Notes: generated by a model not told the origin, from the sequence alone. A stretch of 64,000 nt of DNA from Mobula birostris (GCF_030028105.1 NC_092379.1:28451821-28515820), one strand, 5' to 3'. Positions 10,398 through 23,319 are shown, numbered from the stretch's first letter. Program-made: numbers and translations.

Positions 10398-13323
10398 GCT
10401 CCATGGCACATAGAGATACATGGCGGAGTCCGACACAGGTACCTCAGGCACACAGAACTAAATCGTACTGCTGATATACGACAACACAGCGGTAAACCTG
10501 ACAGGTTATTCCAGAGGCTACTCAATCTTTTGTGACTTAAATAGAAAACATAGAAAATAGGTGCAGGAGTAGGCCATTCGGCCCTTCCAGCCTGCATCGC
10601 CATTTATTATGATCATGGCTGATCATCCAACTCGGAACCCTGCATCAGCCTTTCCTCCATACCCTCTGATCTCCCTAGCCACGAGGGCCATATCTAACTC
10701 CCTCTTAAATATAGCCAATGAACTGGCCTCAACTGTTTCCTGTGGCAGAGAATTCCACAGATTCACCACTCTCTGTGTGAAGAAGTTTTTCCTAATCTCA
10801 GTCCTAAAAAGCTCAGCCTTTATCCTCAAACCGTGACCCCTCATTCTGGACTTCCCCAACATCTGGGACAATCTTCCTGCATCTAGCCTGTCCAATCCCT
10901 TTAGGATTTTATACGTTTCAATCAGATCCCCCCTCAATCTTCTAAATTCCAACGAGTACAAGCCCAGTTAATGCAGTCTTTCTTCATATGAAAGTCCTAC
11001 CATCCCAGGAATCAATCTGGTGAACTTTCTTTGTACTCCCTCTATGGCAAGGATGTCTTTCCTCAGATTAGGGGACCAAAACTGCACACAATACTCCAGG
11101 TGTGGTCTCACCAAGGCCGTGTACAACTGCAGTAGTACCTCCCTGCTCCTGTACTCGAATCCTCTTGCTATAAATGCCGGCATACTATTCGCGTTTTTCA
11201 CCGCCCGCTGTACCTGCATGCCCACTTTCAATGACTGGTGTATAATGACACCCAGGTCTCGTTGCACCTCCCCTTTTCCTAATCGGCCACCATTCAGATA
11301 GTAACCTGTTTTCCTATTTTTGCCACCAAAGTGGATAACTTCACATTTATCCACATTAGATTGCATCTGTCATGAATTTGCCCACTCACCCAACCTATCC
11401 AAGTCACCCTGCATCCTTTTAGCATCCTCCTCACAGCTAACACTGCCGCCCAGCTTCGTGTCATCCGCAAACTTGGAGATGCTGCATTTAATCCCCTCAT
11501 CCAAATCATTAATATATATTGTAAACAACTGGGGTCCCAGCACTGAGCCTTGCGGTACCCCACTAGTCACTGCCTGCCATTCTGAAAAGGTCCCGTTTAT
11601 TCCCACTGTTTGCTTCCTGTCTGCTAACCAATTCTCTATCCACATCAATACCTTACCCCTAATACCGTGTGCTTTAAGTTTGCACACTAATCTCCTGTGT
11701 GGGTCCTTGTCAAAAGCCTTTTCAAAATCCAAATATACCACATACACTGGTTCTCCCCTATCCACTCTACTAGTTACATCCTCAAAAAAATTCTATGAGA
11801 TTGTTCAGACATGATTTTCCTTTCACAAATCCATGCTGACTTTGTCCGATGATTTCACCCCTTTCCAAATGTGCTGTTATCACATCTTTGATAACTGACT
11901 CCAGCAGTTTCCCCACCACCGACGTTAGGCTAACCGGTCTATAATTCCCTGGTTTCTCTCTCCCCCCTTTTTTAAAAAGTGGAGTTACATTAGCCACCCT
12001 CTAATCCTCAGGAACTAGTCCAGAATCTAACGAGTTTTGAAAAATTATCACTAATGCATCCATTATTTCTTGGGCTACTTCCTTAAGCACTCTGGGATGC
12101 AGACCATCTGGCCCTGGGGATTTATCTGCCTTTAATCCCTTCAATTTACCTAACACCACTTCCGTACTAACATGTATTTCGCTCAGTTCCTCCATCTCAC
12201 TGGACCCCCTGTCCCCTACGATTTCTGGAAGATTATTTATGTCCTCCTTAGTGAAGTCAGAACCAAAGTAATTATTCAATTGGTCTGCCATGTCCTTGCT
12301 CCCCATAACCAATTCACCTGTTTCGGTCTGTAGGGACCTACACTTGTCTTAACCAATCTTTTACTTTTTACATATCTATAAAAGCTTTTACAGTCAGTTT
12401 TTATGTTCCCTGCCAGTTTTCTCTCATAATCTTTTTTCCCCTTCCTAATTAAGCCCTTTGTCCTCCTCTGCTAAACTCTGAATTTCTCCCAGTCCTCAAG
12501 TGAGCCACTTTCTCTGGCTAATTTGTATGCTTCTTCTTTGGAATTGATACTATCCCTAATTTCTCTTGTCAGCCACGGGTGCACTACCTTTCCTTGATTT
12601 ATTCTTTTGCCAAACTGGGATGAACAATTGTAGTTCACCCATGCAATCTTTAAATGCTTGCCATTGCATATCCACCGTCAATCCTTTAAGTGTCATTTGC
12701 CAGTCTATCTTAGCTAATTCACGTCTCATACCTTCAAAGTTACCCCTCTTTAAGTTCAGAACCTTTGTTTCTGAATTAACTATGTCACTCTCCATCTTAA
12801 TGAAGAATTCTACCATATTATGGTCACTCTTACCCAAGGGGCCTCTCACGACAAGATTGTTAATTAACCCTTCCTCATTGCTCAAAACCCAGTCTAGAAT
12901 AGCCTGCTCTCTAGTTGGTTCCTCGACAGGTTGGTTCAAAAAACCATCCCGCATACATTCCAAGAAATCCTCTTCCTCAGCACCTTTACCAATTTGGTTC
13001 ACCCAATCTACATGTAGATTGAAGTCACCCATTATAACGACTTACACAACTTCCGCAGGTATTTTGGATAATTTCCGCCACAGTGAATGTACCAAACAGT
13101 GGTGTACCGCTCATATAGGTACAGTTTAGTGTTACAGAGTATTCTTGCTCAATCGTTAATTCAAGGTCATCCATTCTCACTGAATACTTCCTTGTTGTCC
13201 TTCCAATAAAGGAAAAACTGTAGAAAGACGCCTGATATGCTTTACACGGAATACTCACTGGAAATCTTCAAAACTGACAGGACAATATGACGAAATGTGT
13301 TAGGAAAGACAAAGCGAGCCCAT
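10398..13323 (-). pseudogene. V pseudogene split by a CR1 insertion; RSS absent
   Basis: 5' part at 13045-13323 (leader with GTGAGT donor at 13253-13258; TTRKYSVRMDDLELTIEQEYSVTLNCTY..WYIHCGGNYPKYL) and 3' part at 10398-10539 (PVRFTAVL..VSDSAMYL..CAME). The two halves join across the duplicated gactta. Confidence 0.85.
10540..13038 (-). mobile_element. 5'-truncated CR1 LINE (ORF2 endonuclease/RT) with 6-bp TSD gactta
   Basis: [76 protein letters not shown]. gactta occurs at 10534-10539 and 13039-13044. Confidence 0.95.
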
Positions 13324-13994
13324 TGATTTGGTTTCAGTCTCGATCGAACATTTTAAAAGAATGTTTTAAAGTCGTCTGGATTTGTCCTGCTAAAGTATAG
13401 GCTCATGAAACGGAATCGATACTTATGTGCTTTTCTTCTATCCTATCTCTAACCGTTTTGCGGTCAAAAAACTCTCTCTATCCCTCTCTCCTTCTAACTT
13501 TCCTTCTCCAATCCCGTTCGCTCGAACTCCTTCGATCTCTCTCACAGCGTTCGTAAACATTAGACTGCACCGTCATTAACACCAGCTCCCTTTAGTATGG
13601 CATGATACTCATTGACTGTTTCGATTGTACAGACTTTCTATCGCTAGGTTACACTGGAACCACACGATGCCAAACGCAGGGAATTCTTTTAAAGTGGTTG
13701 AAGACGATGTCCAGCAAGTTGTCTAAAGCTATAACGCTTTGTAGTCAACAGGAAAACAGCAAATTTAAATCTCCCAAACAACCTTTGTTAGTTTCATATT
13801 TATGATTTCAGTATGTTTGATGTAAGCATTTCTCAGACGTGAGCGCCTCCGAAACTGAGTGTAGATTAAATCTCGTTGATAACCTTCGCTGTTTTTTGTC
13901 TGTTCCAGATTTACTGTTTCTGCGCTAAGAGCACCCTCTAGTGAACGCGAAGGGCAGGTTCTGTACAGAACGGCCATCCCCCTTCAATAGTCTG

Positions 13995-14215
13995 AGTTCC
14001 ATAGCACAGGAATGAACAGCAAAGCCATAAGTAAAGTAACTGGTGATGCTTAAATGAACCATCTTCCTGTCTTTACACAAAACAATTAGAAACCGCACTG
14101 GGCATCGTGCAAACCATTCTATCTATCTTGTGTTAAGTTCCTTCGGAATGTTCCATCTATTATGCGCATTAGCTTTCGTGCAACTGCAGTTCAGTCTTAT
14201 TATTTATGGTTCTGA
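13995..14215 (-). pseudogene. V pseudogene, 5' truncated, with FR2 deletion
   Basis: IIRLNCSCTKANAH..ARCPVRFL..KDRKMVHLSITS..AVHSCAME. Degenerate RSS (heptamer CAGACTA 13988-13994, 23-nt spacer, nonamer-like 13956-13964). Confidence 0.8.
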
Positions 14216-14219
14216 AATC

Positions 14220-14600
14220 GCTTTTGACCTGGGATCTCTGGAGACGCAGATCTTTAGCTCCTCGCTGACAGCCACCGGACTCGGCCGTGCCAATACCACC
14301 TTCCCTAAGCTCCGCACGTCGAGGATAGATACCACTTGGGTCCCGAAAAACCGTGAGATCGGAATTTCTCGCCCACTCTAACCCCATTTTGTGTCAATAC
14401 CTTGTAATTTACTGACCCATGCAATTTCCTGTTGGCAAGAAACAACAGATCGTACGCTGTATGCAAACCTGAAGAAAGTCTATTTATGAATGTTAACTTA
14501 AGTTTATTAAAGAAAAGAAATGCAAAGGAAAAAATGGGCCTATTAAAGTAAATCGTCAAATATGCGTAGATCGGGGCTCAGATCTCAAGGCCGATGTGTC
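14220..14600. mobile_element. Possible non-autonomous DNA transposon truncating the preceding V
   Basis: Abrupt loss of V homology at ~14215. Imperfect inverted ends (cctgggatct.. / ..agatctcaagg). Confidence 0.3.
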
Positions 14601-15369
14601 TGATGTGTACTTGCAGCACCATCTCATATTTACCGATTCACGTTGCAATTTGCCCTCGGGCAGCATCGGATCACGCATTTCCGCCGTTTCTAATCCTAAA
14701 TCTTGTTCCCCTGAGCTTCTTCTCTGTACATCTGCCGCCGAAATAGTGAACGATCCACCTCAGTGCCTGCAACAAAACTCTCTCCCCCCCCCCCTCCCCA
14801 GCGTTCTCAGGAAAATTCTCCCTGTTCCACCTTCCTGATCGGATGACACAACATTCCTAAGCAACCCTTTAACCGCCAACCAACACTACCAAGAAAACAT
14901 ACTGCTTCTACAGAAAAGGAAACACTACATAAAATAACCTACAACATTGGCAGTAACATTTTATCAGAGCATTACACTCTATCCCCACCAAAAATCGTAT
15001 GTTCAAAGGTCCAAATGTCCAATTTAATGTCACAGAAATGTATACAATATACATCCTGAAATGCTTTTTCTTCATAAACATCTAAAAAAAATCAGAGAAG
15101 TGCCCCGAGGAATGAACGACAGTTGAACGTGAGAACACCAAAGTACCCTTCAGCACCCCACTCCCGCGCGTAAGCGGCACCGAGTAGCCATTTTCCCATC
15201 GTCCATTCCCCCACCAGCAAAAAATACATATCAGTAGTTACCAAGCACAGCCGTGTGCTAAGTGATAGCAAAGACACAGACCAGAGTTATCCCAAAGGAT
15301 TGCATTTAATCCCACATTCGACAAACAACATGTTCTCTCCCCCCCCCCAATAAGGGAGCTTCAGGTGTC

Positions 15370-18000
15370 CCCCATTTTCGTAGCGAGAGGGAGACGTAAC
15401 AACAAACCGCTGGTTTACGATGTTAAAGGTCTGTCCCGTCGCTTTTTCCTAGCTCTCTGTCCGCAGATCGCAAATACATCGGGTCTTCGACCAAAGCAAA
15501 AGATTTTCCGACCTCCCTGACGATGCAGGAGTCTGCTGCGGTGACACCGACCGACGACCGGCCCGTCTCCAGACCACTGAGATTTTAGGCTGCCAAACAC
15601 GAGCGGGACTCTCGGGTCGAGCCCCTAGCATGTCGAATAAGGGCCAGTCGTGAAATCACGAGAACGGGCCCAACTCCTGCAAAGAACCGAAGGCTGCTTG
15701 TAACTCCAGATCACGGTCTTCAAAGGAACCCTGAAAGGGAAAAATAAAGAAATTGAAGATGGAAATAGAGCTTTTTTTTCAAAGATGCAATCAAATGAGC
15801 TGTCATTGATCTCCACGTCCCTCCTTAGCTCCGCCTCATAATCATGTCCTCATATTTTGAAATGTATCAATCCAGTATTGATAACAGTTTGAATGGAATT
15901 TCGTGATGTCAGCTACTCCGTTTGTAAAGGTTAGTGACATACCTCAGTATAGGAATAGACGCAACACTCTGCTCCCGCGGCACGTCAGAGTTCAGCCTAT
16001 TTGGTGGCCACCTGACTCTGTTAGACTTCCATATTACATCGACCTATACTTCATGCTTAGATACGTCTTGGATTATTTTCTGCTCACCTGAAGAGGCCGC
16101 CTCATTACATTATTAGAGGCTTCCGGCAACTCAGTGCCCCTGTTACAACTGAGCTCAGCTTTATCCCCAGATACTGTTGAGCCAGCTTCCACCGATTGTC
16201 CTGACTCAAGCTTTACTGTCCACTGCTAGTCCTCCACACCACCCACACTCTACCTCCGGTCACACCCCCAAGACCGAGGGGGAGGCTCGGGGTCATCTCC
16301 GTGAATTATTGCGGAGGTTGTCGAAGGTATCATATACTCCATTCTCTCACCCCCTTAGTCCGCACAACATTCGGTAGTTATATCCCCTTCCGAGATCTTC
16401 AGCGACTGCATTTCTGACCTACCACGTCGCGCAGAGTATTCCTGTTAGATGTAGGGTCCATGTTACGCACTGCTGCAACATCGGCATTAAAATAAAAGGT
16501 GACTCTGATAGAGAATTTCGATAGATCCATTCCTGTCCTCTGTCCTCACCCCCAAAAACTGGTACATTTGGCATCAGGCTCTGTACCATGTAGGACGTAA
16601 CCAATCAGCGGTCGCCCAAACTTATCCTTTCCTGGTAGACACAAATTCCGTATGAGAACCTTGTCTCGAGACAACAATTGGAGAACCTAATCTTTTCATT
16701 ATATCTCCTGTTACCTTGACTCTGCTTGGTAGCAATTAACTCTGCTAGTTCATAAGCTTCTTGGAATGTCTTTCTTAACTCAGACATCTTCTTACGATCG
16801 GTCTTCTGTAGCAAGTATTGCCCTCCAGTCCCAAAACAAGTGTTTGCAAGCGACCACGTTTCGCTCTGATATGTGTATCCAATAGCTTCATTCTGTGTAC
16901 AGTTGTAGCAGTGGACAAGATACCAAATATGCTAACTCCATTTGTTCTTTTTGTTGACATTCAGGGCATGTAAAGCACGTCAGGTTGAGCATCTGAGGCT
17001 CTGGATAACCCTGAGAGTGAAAAGGATTAGTCTTAGACTTCTCGACTCCAACCATCTTCAGCCTACTCTGAAAATACCTTCCGTGAGCGTTGTGCATCCA
17101 TCTGGAAGGGAATAACTAACGCAATACTTTGGCAAAGATGGACACCCTCTGATCCTTTTTACGAAAGTGCTGAGCATATTTGGTGTTGTGATACATAATA
17201 CCCAATACATTCGCCGTGTTGCTGAAATCAGGCTCAATGCAGAGCAAATCCATCCATACTATATTATGTGGTCCCGCACTCTGCAAATTGAATTATCGAG
17301 CGGCCCGCGTAGACAGCGTCTTCTTCCGAATACGTCAAGGGCACGGCTCAGAGTACTCTTCGATCGCAGGCTTCATTCGGGGCTACTATAACCTATATAG
17401 TACCAACCCATAGATCTTGACAAACCCCAAATGACATCAGTCTTCATGAGGTGACTTCAACAGACTCGCCTGACGCTTCTCTGGCAAAACCAGCTGGGAA
17501 AGCCCAGGCCCGTCTGGAGGAGATTGAACTGGTGTAGAAACTGGTTCTCATAGTCAGTTTGTTCCATTCTCTCAGCAGTGAAGGCATGGCAGGCTTTTCG
17601 TCTTTTAGTAAGTAACAGCAGACCAAACGGTAATAGGGTCAGATAGGAGTGTAAACGGATCTGTAGAGCAGAGTAACCTAAGAATCTTTGTCAAGTACGG
17701 CTACAGGATAAATAACCTCGATCCGTAGGGATACACTGGAGTTTTGAGACTTTCTACCAGTCGTTCAACCAGTCAGAGACTACCACTAATCGGACATCTG
17801 AAAGGTCTGCTCCACCCAAGCCTTATGTTTCTCCTCACATTCGCGACATGCTTCACTCCCTCTGCAGTTTCAGCCTACAATAACATTGTTCCTCTGCCAG
17901 TGTAGTTTGCCATTTATGCAGTAGGGATGCAAGTGCTGATACCAAATCAGATTTTTCCCCATCTGGTGGTCTCACTAGACGTTCACATTAGATCACGCCT
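15370..18000 (-). mobile_element. Decayed Ty3/Gypsy element (integrase and LTR-like remnants)
   Basis: 16888-17097 encodes ..EKSKTNPFHSQGYPEPQ.., resembling the Gypsy integrase KSRTTPYHPQG motif. Adjacent fragments resemble the integrase C-terminus. Boundaries approximate. Confidence 0.6.
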
Positions 18001-18327
18001 TCTCTTCACTCCGAAGTCACGAGACAAATGTGTGTTTGCTTGAAGTCTCCGCCCTCAATTATGGGAAACTCGGCTTCTAATTCGGCATCCTCACCTACAC
18101 TCCCCTCTTCACTGTAGGTATGGGCGCTCCACGGCCAAGCTACTATCACAATAGTACTAGGCAGATGAACTGCCGTCACATCATCCCTAGACTGATCGAA
18201 AACTGCTTGTTCAAACTGCCAACGTCACTGAGCGGTGCTCCATCGGTTTTTCAACGAAGGGTATAATCATGCAACATCCCGAGATGATGTTTAAACGAGG
18301 AAACTTTCAGGTACTTTAAGAACTCAC

Positions 18328-18364
18328 AAGACACAATAACTATGAAAGCCAGAAATGCGACCAT
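18328..18364 (-). other. Possible orphan V leader exon
   Basis: ATG GTC GCA TTT CTG GCT TTC ATA GTT ATT GTG TCT T|GTGAGT (MVAFLAFIVIVS, phase 1). No convincing V exon follows. Confidence 0.35.
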
Positions 18365-18560
18365 GATCAGGATCAGCTGGGTTGGTATAAAATAGGGTTT
18401 ACTGCCATTTCTCGCCTGTCTGTTTGTAAGTCGCTTCGCCGAACTCTTTTTTTTTCTTACTCGCATCCTTTATTTCTTTTTCGTTCACCGCCCTTCCCTT
18501 ATCTCATTTGACTTCCTGTTTCTTCCACACGGTGCTGTCCTCGTCACAACAGCTAACTTC

Positions 18561-18702
18561 NNNNNNNNNNNNNNNNNNNNNNNNNNNNNNNNNNNNNNNN
18601 NNNNNNNNNNNNNNNNNNNNNNNNNNNNNNNNNNNNNNNNNNNNNNNNNNNNNNNNNNNNNNNNNNNNNNNNNNNNNNNNNNNNNNNNNNNNNNNNNNNN
18701 NN
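18561..18702. other. Assembly gap (N run)
   Basis: Direct read. Confidence 1.
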
Positions 18703-19519
18703 CTCAATTTACCTTTGATGATGATTTGTTATCCTATCTATTTCTTTTCCTGTGCGCATCACTCGGTTTTTCTGCTCCATCAATCCCACTGTTGCGAAGA
18801 CGAGGCTGGTGACGAATGCAAGAGCAGGACATAGGCGCGAAGGCAGAATCTTGAGGCCTTAGCACCGCCTCGAACGGGGATCCGGTATCGAAGAGAACCT
18901 TTACATGGAGACAAGGTTTACGTAGAGTATCCAGGAAATGATGCGGAGCTTAGAACTGACAGTCCCAAAGAATCAGGAAAGGAGGTTTACTCAAACTAGA
19001 GTAGACCAACGAATTGGCAAAGCATAGCTGTGCCACCCGAGTTTTATCCTATGTTCGCTAATGGGAACCAGGCGTACTGTAATTAGTTGGACTAGGAATG
19101 ACTAGAAATCAGACGAGGGGATTAAGGCCCAATGAAAGAGGTAGGGCAGGATGGGGAATTACCAGACGGCACCATTACACCCACATTCTTAGGAACTAGA
19201 CGATTGCTCAAATGGAAAGGTGATATTCAACAGGAGCGGGAGAGCTACCCTGTATGATTTAGTGATACTAATATATTTCAATATTTCATTGTATTATGTG
19301 TGCCTGACGTTAGTAGACAAGGGGAGATACTACAGGTCACGATATATGGAATTACGTGTGTGTGTGGGGGGGGGGGGTTGCTTCCGTATAGCTGACTCTC
19401 TGCTAATCAATTGTGTTCTGCACGCGCGAGTTTGAGTCCCACGCTTCTTGATTGAGGTAATTTCAGAAAATATTACATGGTACGATGTGATTTTATCTAG
19501 ATTTTCAGAGTAAGACGCG

Positions 19520-21850
19520 AGAGAATAGGACCAATCAAATGTGACAGCGGAAAAGTATGTATGGAACCGGAGGAAATTGCAGAGAAACGTAATGAGTATT
19601 TTGCTTCAGTATTCACTACGGAAAGGGATCTAGGCGATTGTAGGGATGATTTGCAGCGGACTCAAAATCTTTAACATATAGATATTAAGAAAGACGATGT
19701 GCTGGAGGTTTTGGACAGCATCAAGTTGGATAAGTCACCGGGACCGCACGAGATGAACGCCAATCTACTATGGGAGATGAGGGAGGAGATTGCTGAGCAA
19801 CAATGCGTCCAGATATAATCGTATGGTCTGACACCTAGTAGAGAAGTGGTTATTGGTGAATTCACAGTCCCCTGGGAAAGCAACAACGATGAAGCCCATG
19901 AGCGCAAGTTAACCAAGTATGCAGAGTTAAGATCAGAGTGCAGAGACAGAGGGTGGCAGGTCTCATGCTATCCATTCGAAGCAGGCTGCCATGGGTTTAT
20001 TACGTTCACTCTTCAGAAGTGGCTGCATGACCTTGGCTTCACTAGAAGACTGATCAAGTCATCCAGCAGGGCACTAGCTGAGGTAGCAGAGAAAGGATCA
20101 GCATGGATGTGGACCAAGTATGTCCAGAGGGACAGATAGTCAGACAGTGTATACATATCTTGCAAACCCTTCAGTAGTTGCATAGACACCTAAGGAGCAG
20201 ACTACCTGTTGGATGCAAGTGACTGATAGAGGCAGATACCAAGTTTTTAAGCTCACCAGTGGGAGGTGGTGCTTTAGCACTGCTGGCCCACCACCTCAGG
20301 GGAGTCTTTATCATAAGCGGGCCGAAACTCCTGAAGACAGGTGGCAGATCAACTGATGATCCCACTGGTGATAGCACAGAACATCTTAGCCCACGTGTAT
20401 TTTGTGACTCGGAGATGAGGGAGGAGATTGCTGAGACTCTGGCGATTATTTTTGCATCATCAATGGGAACGGGAGAGGTTCCGAAAGTTTTGCGGGGGGG
20501 GCGGGCGGTTGCGAATGTTGTTCCATTATTCAAGAAAGGGAGTAGAGATAGCCCAGGAAATTATAGACCAGTGAGTCTTACATCAGTGGTTGGTAAGTTG
20601 ATGGAGAAGATCCTGAGAGGCAGGATTTATGGACATTTGGATGAGCACAACATGATTAGGAAAGTCAGCATAGCTTTGTGAAAGGTACGTCGTGCCTTAC
20701 GAGCCTAATTGAATTTTTTGAAGATGTAACTAAACACATTGATGAAGGTAGTGTATACGGATTTCAGCAAAGCGTTTGACAAGGCATCCCATGCAAGGAT
20801 TATTGAGAAAGTAAGGAGACATGAGATCTAAGGGGACATTGCTTTTTGGATCCAGAACTGGCTTGCCTTCAGAAGGCAAAGTGTGGTTGTAGATGGGTCA
20901 TATTCTGCATGGAGGTCAGTCACCAGTGGTATGCCTCAGGGATGTGTTCTGGGCCCCTGCTCTTCGTGATTTTTATAAATGACCTGGATGAAGAATTGGA
21001 GGGTTGGGTTAGTAAATGTGCTGACGACACGAAGGTTGGGGTGTTGAAGATAGTGTGGAGGGGTGTCAGAGGTTATAGTGGGACATTGATCGGATACAAA
21101 GCAGGGCTGATGGTGGTAGATGGAGTTCAACGCAAATAAATGTGAGGTGATTCATTTTAGTTGGTCAAATATGGTCGCAGAATGTAGTATTATTGGTAAG
21201 ACTCTTGACAGTGTGGAGGATCTGAGGGATTTTGGGGTCAGAGACCATAGGACACTCAAAGCTTCTGCGCGAGTTGACTCTGTTGTTAACCAAGCATACG
21301 GTGCATCGGCTTCATCAATCATGGGACTGAGTTGTGGAGCCGCAATGTAATCTTGCAGCTATATAGGACCCTGGTCAGATCACACTTAGATTTCCGTGGT
21401 CAGTTCAGTTCGCCACACCATAGGAAGGATGCAGAAACCATAGAAAAGGTGCAGAGGAAATTAACAAGGATGCTACCTGGATTGGGGTGAATGCTTATGA
21501 CAATAGGTTGATTGAACTCAAACTTTTTTCCTTGGAGCGAAGGAGGGTGAGAGGTGACCTGATTGAGGCGTATAAGATGATGAGAGGCATTGACCGTGTG
21601 TTTAGTCAGAGGCTTTTTCCCAGGGCTGCAATGGCTAGCTCAAGAGGGCACAGTTTTAAGCTGCTTGGAAGTTGGTATAGAAAAGATATCAGGGGTAATT
21701 CTTTTACGTGAGAGTAGTGCGTGCGTGGAATGGGCTGCCGGCGACGGATGTGGAGGCGTATACGATAGGATCATTTTCAGAAACTCCTCGACAGGTACAT
21801 GGAGCTCAGAACAATAGAGGGCTATGGGTAAACCTAGGTAATTTCTAAGG
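19520..21850 (+). mobile_element. Decayed CR1 LINE ORF2, interrupted by a nested insertion
   Basis: DKSPGP, NVVPLFKKGSRDSPGNYRPVSLTSVVGK, SGPLLFVIFINDLDE..ADDTKVG, RVRGDLIEAYKMM. Confidence 0.9.
19798..20410 (+). mobile_element. 3' fragment of a restriction-like-endonuclease non-LTR element (Hero/NeSL-like) with 25-bp flanking direct repeat
   Basis: 19846-20139 encodes IGEFTVPWESNNDEAHERKLTKYAEL..CRDRGW..YPFEAGCHGF, preceded by a PDIIV-like sequence. ggagatgagggaggagattgctgag occurs at 19773-19797 and 20411-20435. Confidence 0.8.
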
Positions 21851-22404
21851 TAAGGACATGTCCCACACAGGTCGTGTAACTCAAGGAAATCATCCTATAT
21901 TTCGGTAGCATTCCATTCGTTATACATAGTCAGTCTGAACAAAACTAATTTCCCCCCTTTATCTGATTTTCTTTATTGAATCAATGTCTACAGATTCCAC
22001 ATGAGCATTTGCCTAGATCTGTAGCATTTACTGTACAGCAGTTGGACGCCAATTCCTAGAGACTCGCCAGGCAAAAAGCCAATAAAACAATTAGGAACAG
22101 AAGAATAGCGCATGGCGCAGTTATTCTGACTTTGTCGAAAGGCCGTCTAGTTCTAAGTAGTTATTATTAATTGACAGATATTGTAAAATGAATGAACATC
22201 AGCGGCACACGTTTTTTTTAACATAGCAGGCATTATCGTACTGAAGAATAGGCTGATCAATTTGTCTTCTGAAGCTACAACTTTTTTTTTATTGCTGGTA
22301 CACTTTACTATGCATTATCTTATTATTTTACCTTGTACTATCTCGACAAACCGGACAATGGATTGTTCTGTATCAAAAAAGAATTAATGCAGTTTTTCAC
22401 TGTT

Positions 22405-22872
22405 CGGCAGCAGATGTGACAATAATAAACGATTTCTACTTCTAATTTGTGAGTCACTGTCCCGTGCACGTAATTAGATTCCACATGGATCTTAGCTTTG
22501 ATCATAAGCGTTTCTAATTTCACCTCATCCAATTCTGTCTCAGGATAAAATGTCTCTGTATCTACAGGTTTCCCCACCCCCACTCCGCCATCCTCACTAT
22601 AATACTGTACCTCAAGGATGTAGAATGATTTTTTCATAGACGATGTCGAAGGTTCGCTACCTTGATATGGTATTCCAGGCTGAAGAGTTTTGGAGGATTG
22701 ATATCCCTGAAATTCATTGAAAAATAAGTAATTTCAGTACGCGTTGCATTCCATAATTTGGGCGCCTTTTGCTATTGCGTTTCGTCCAATTAATTCGAGC
22801 ACACTACAGAACTCACTTTGCAGTGCGATCCCTCCAGTTTCACAGCAAAGGAAGTGCTCTAGTGAGATTCAT
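22405..22872 (-). pseudogene. Divergent V-like pseudogene not of the local family (TRGV-/IgHV-like)
   Basis: ATG at 22872, GTGAGT donor at 22811-22816, tttcag acceptor at 22707 followed by ISILQ.. The downstream frame reads KIHVESNYVHGTVTHKLEVEIVYYCHIC, followed by heptamer-like AACAGTG at 22398-22404. Stops and frameshifts present. Confidence 0.45.
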
Positions 22873-22922
22873 TGCATCATCGACAACAGGGTTTTCTGCA
22901 GACCCGTTGTCTCCCTGCTGTA

Positions 22923-23319
22923 GCCTGTGGCACAGGGAAACACGGTGTTCTCTGAAACAAGAGCCCCAGAGATATTCAAAATGAGCCACCGTACTACCTT
23001 TCTGCAAACCAGCCGTAACCCACAACGGTCCTTCTGGAGACGTCTCTAGCTTGCCTGAACTTAAGTAAGTATTTTTGAAATGACCCTCCATGCTGGCTGT
23101 AACAATATCTTGGGTGTAATTAGAGTTCCTTCTTTCCTCGGTCGTTAATTCGGGAGGGCCCTACATCACTGCAAATTTTCCTTATTTCCGTGGAATAAAA
23201 GACGGAATGTTTGAACGTTCCTGGCTTCTATTAACAGAGGAAACAGTGGCTGCACGATTACACAAAGACTCACCAGGCAACAAGGTCGAAACAATCATTA
23301 AGGAACAAAAATCATGCAT
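22923..23319 (-). pseudogene. V pseudogene with intact leader
   Basis: 46-nt leader 23274-23319 (MHDFCSLMIVSTLLP, G|GTGAGT). The V has deletions and frameshifts (..VTAGLQKGSTVAH..ISGALVSENTVFPCA). Nonamer-like gggttttct at 22889-22897 with a disrupted heptamer/V tip. Confidence 0.85.

Noticed and set aside
12566-13129. Long antisense ORFs over LINE ORF2 (also 11320-11814, 48940-49458)
   Set aside because: Shadow frames of CR1 coding sequence.
18130-18240. SA*YYC motif downstream of the orphan leader
   Set aside because: Too short for a V exon, no first Cys/Trp, no valid RSS.
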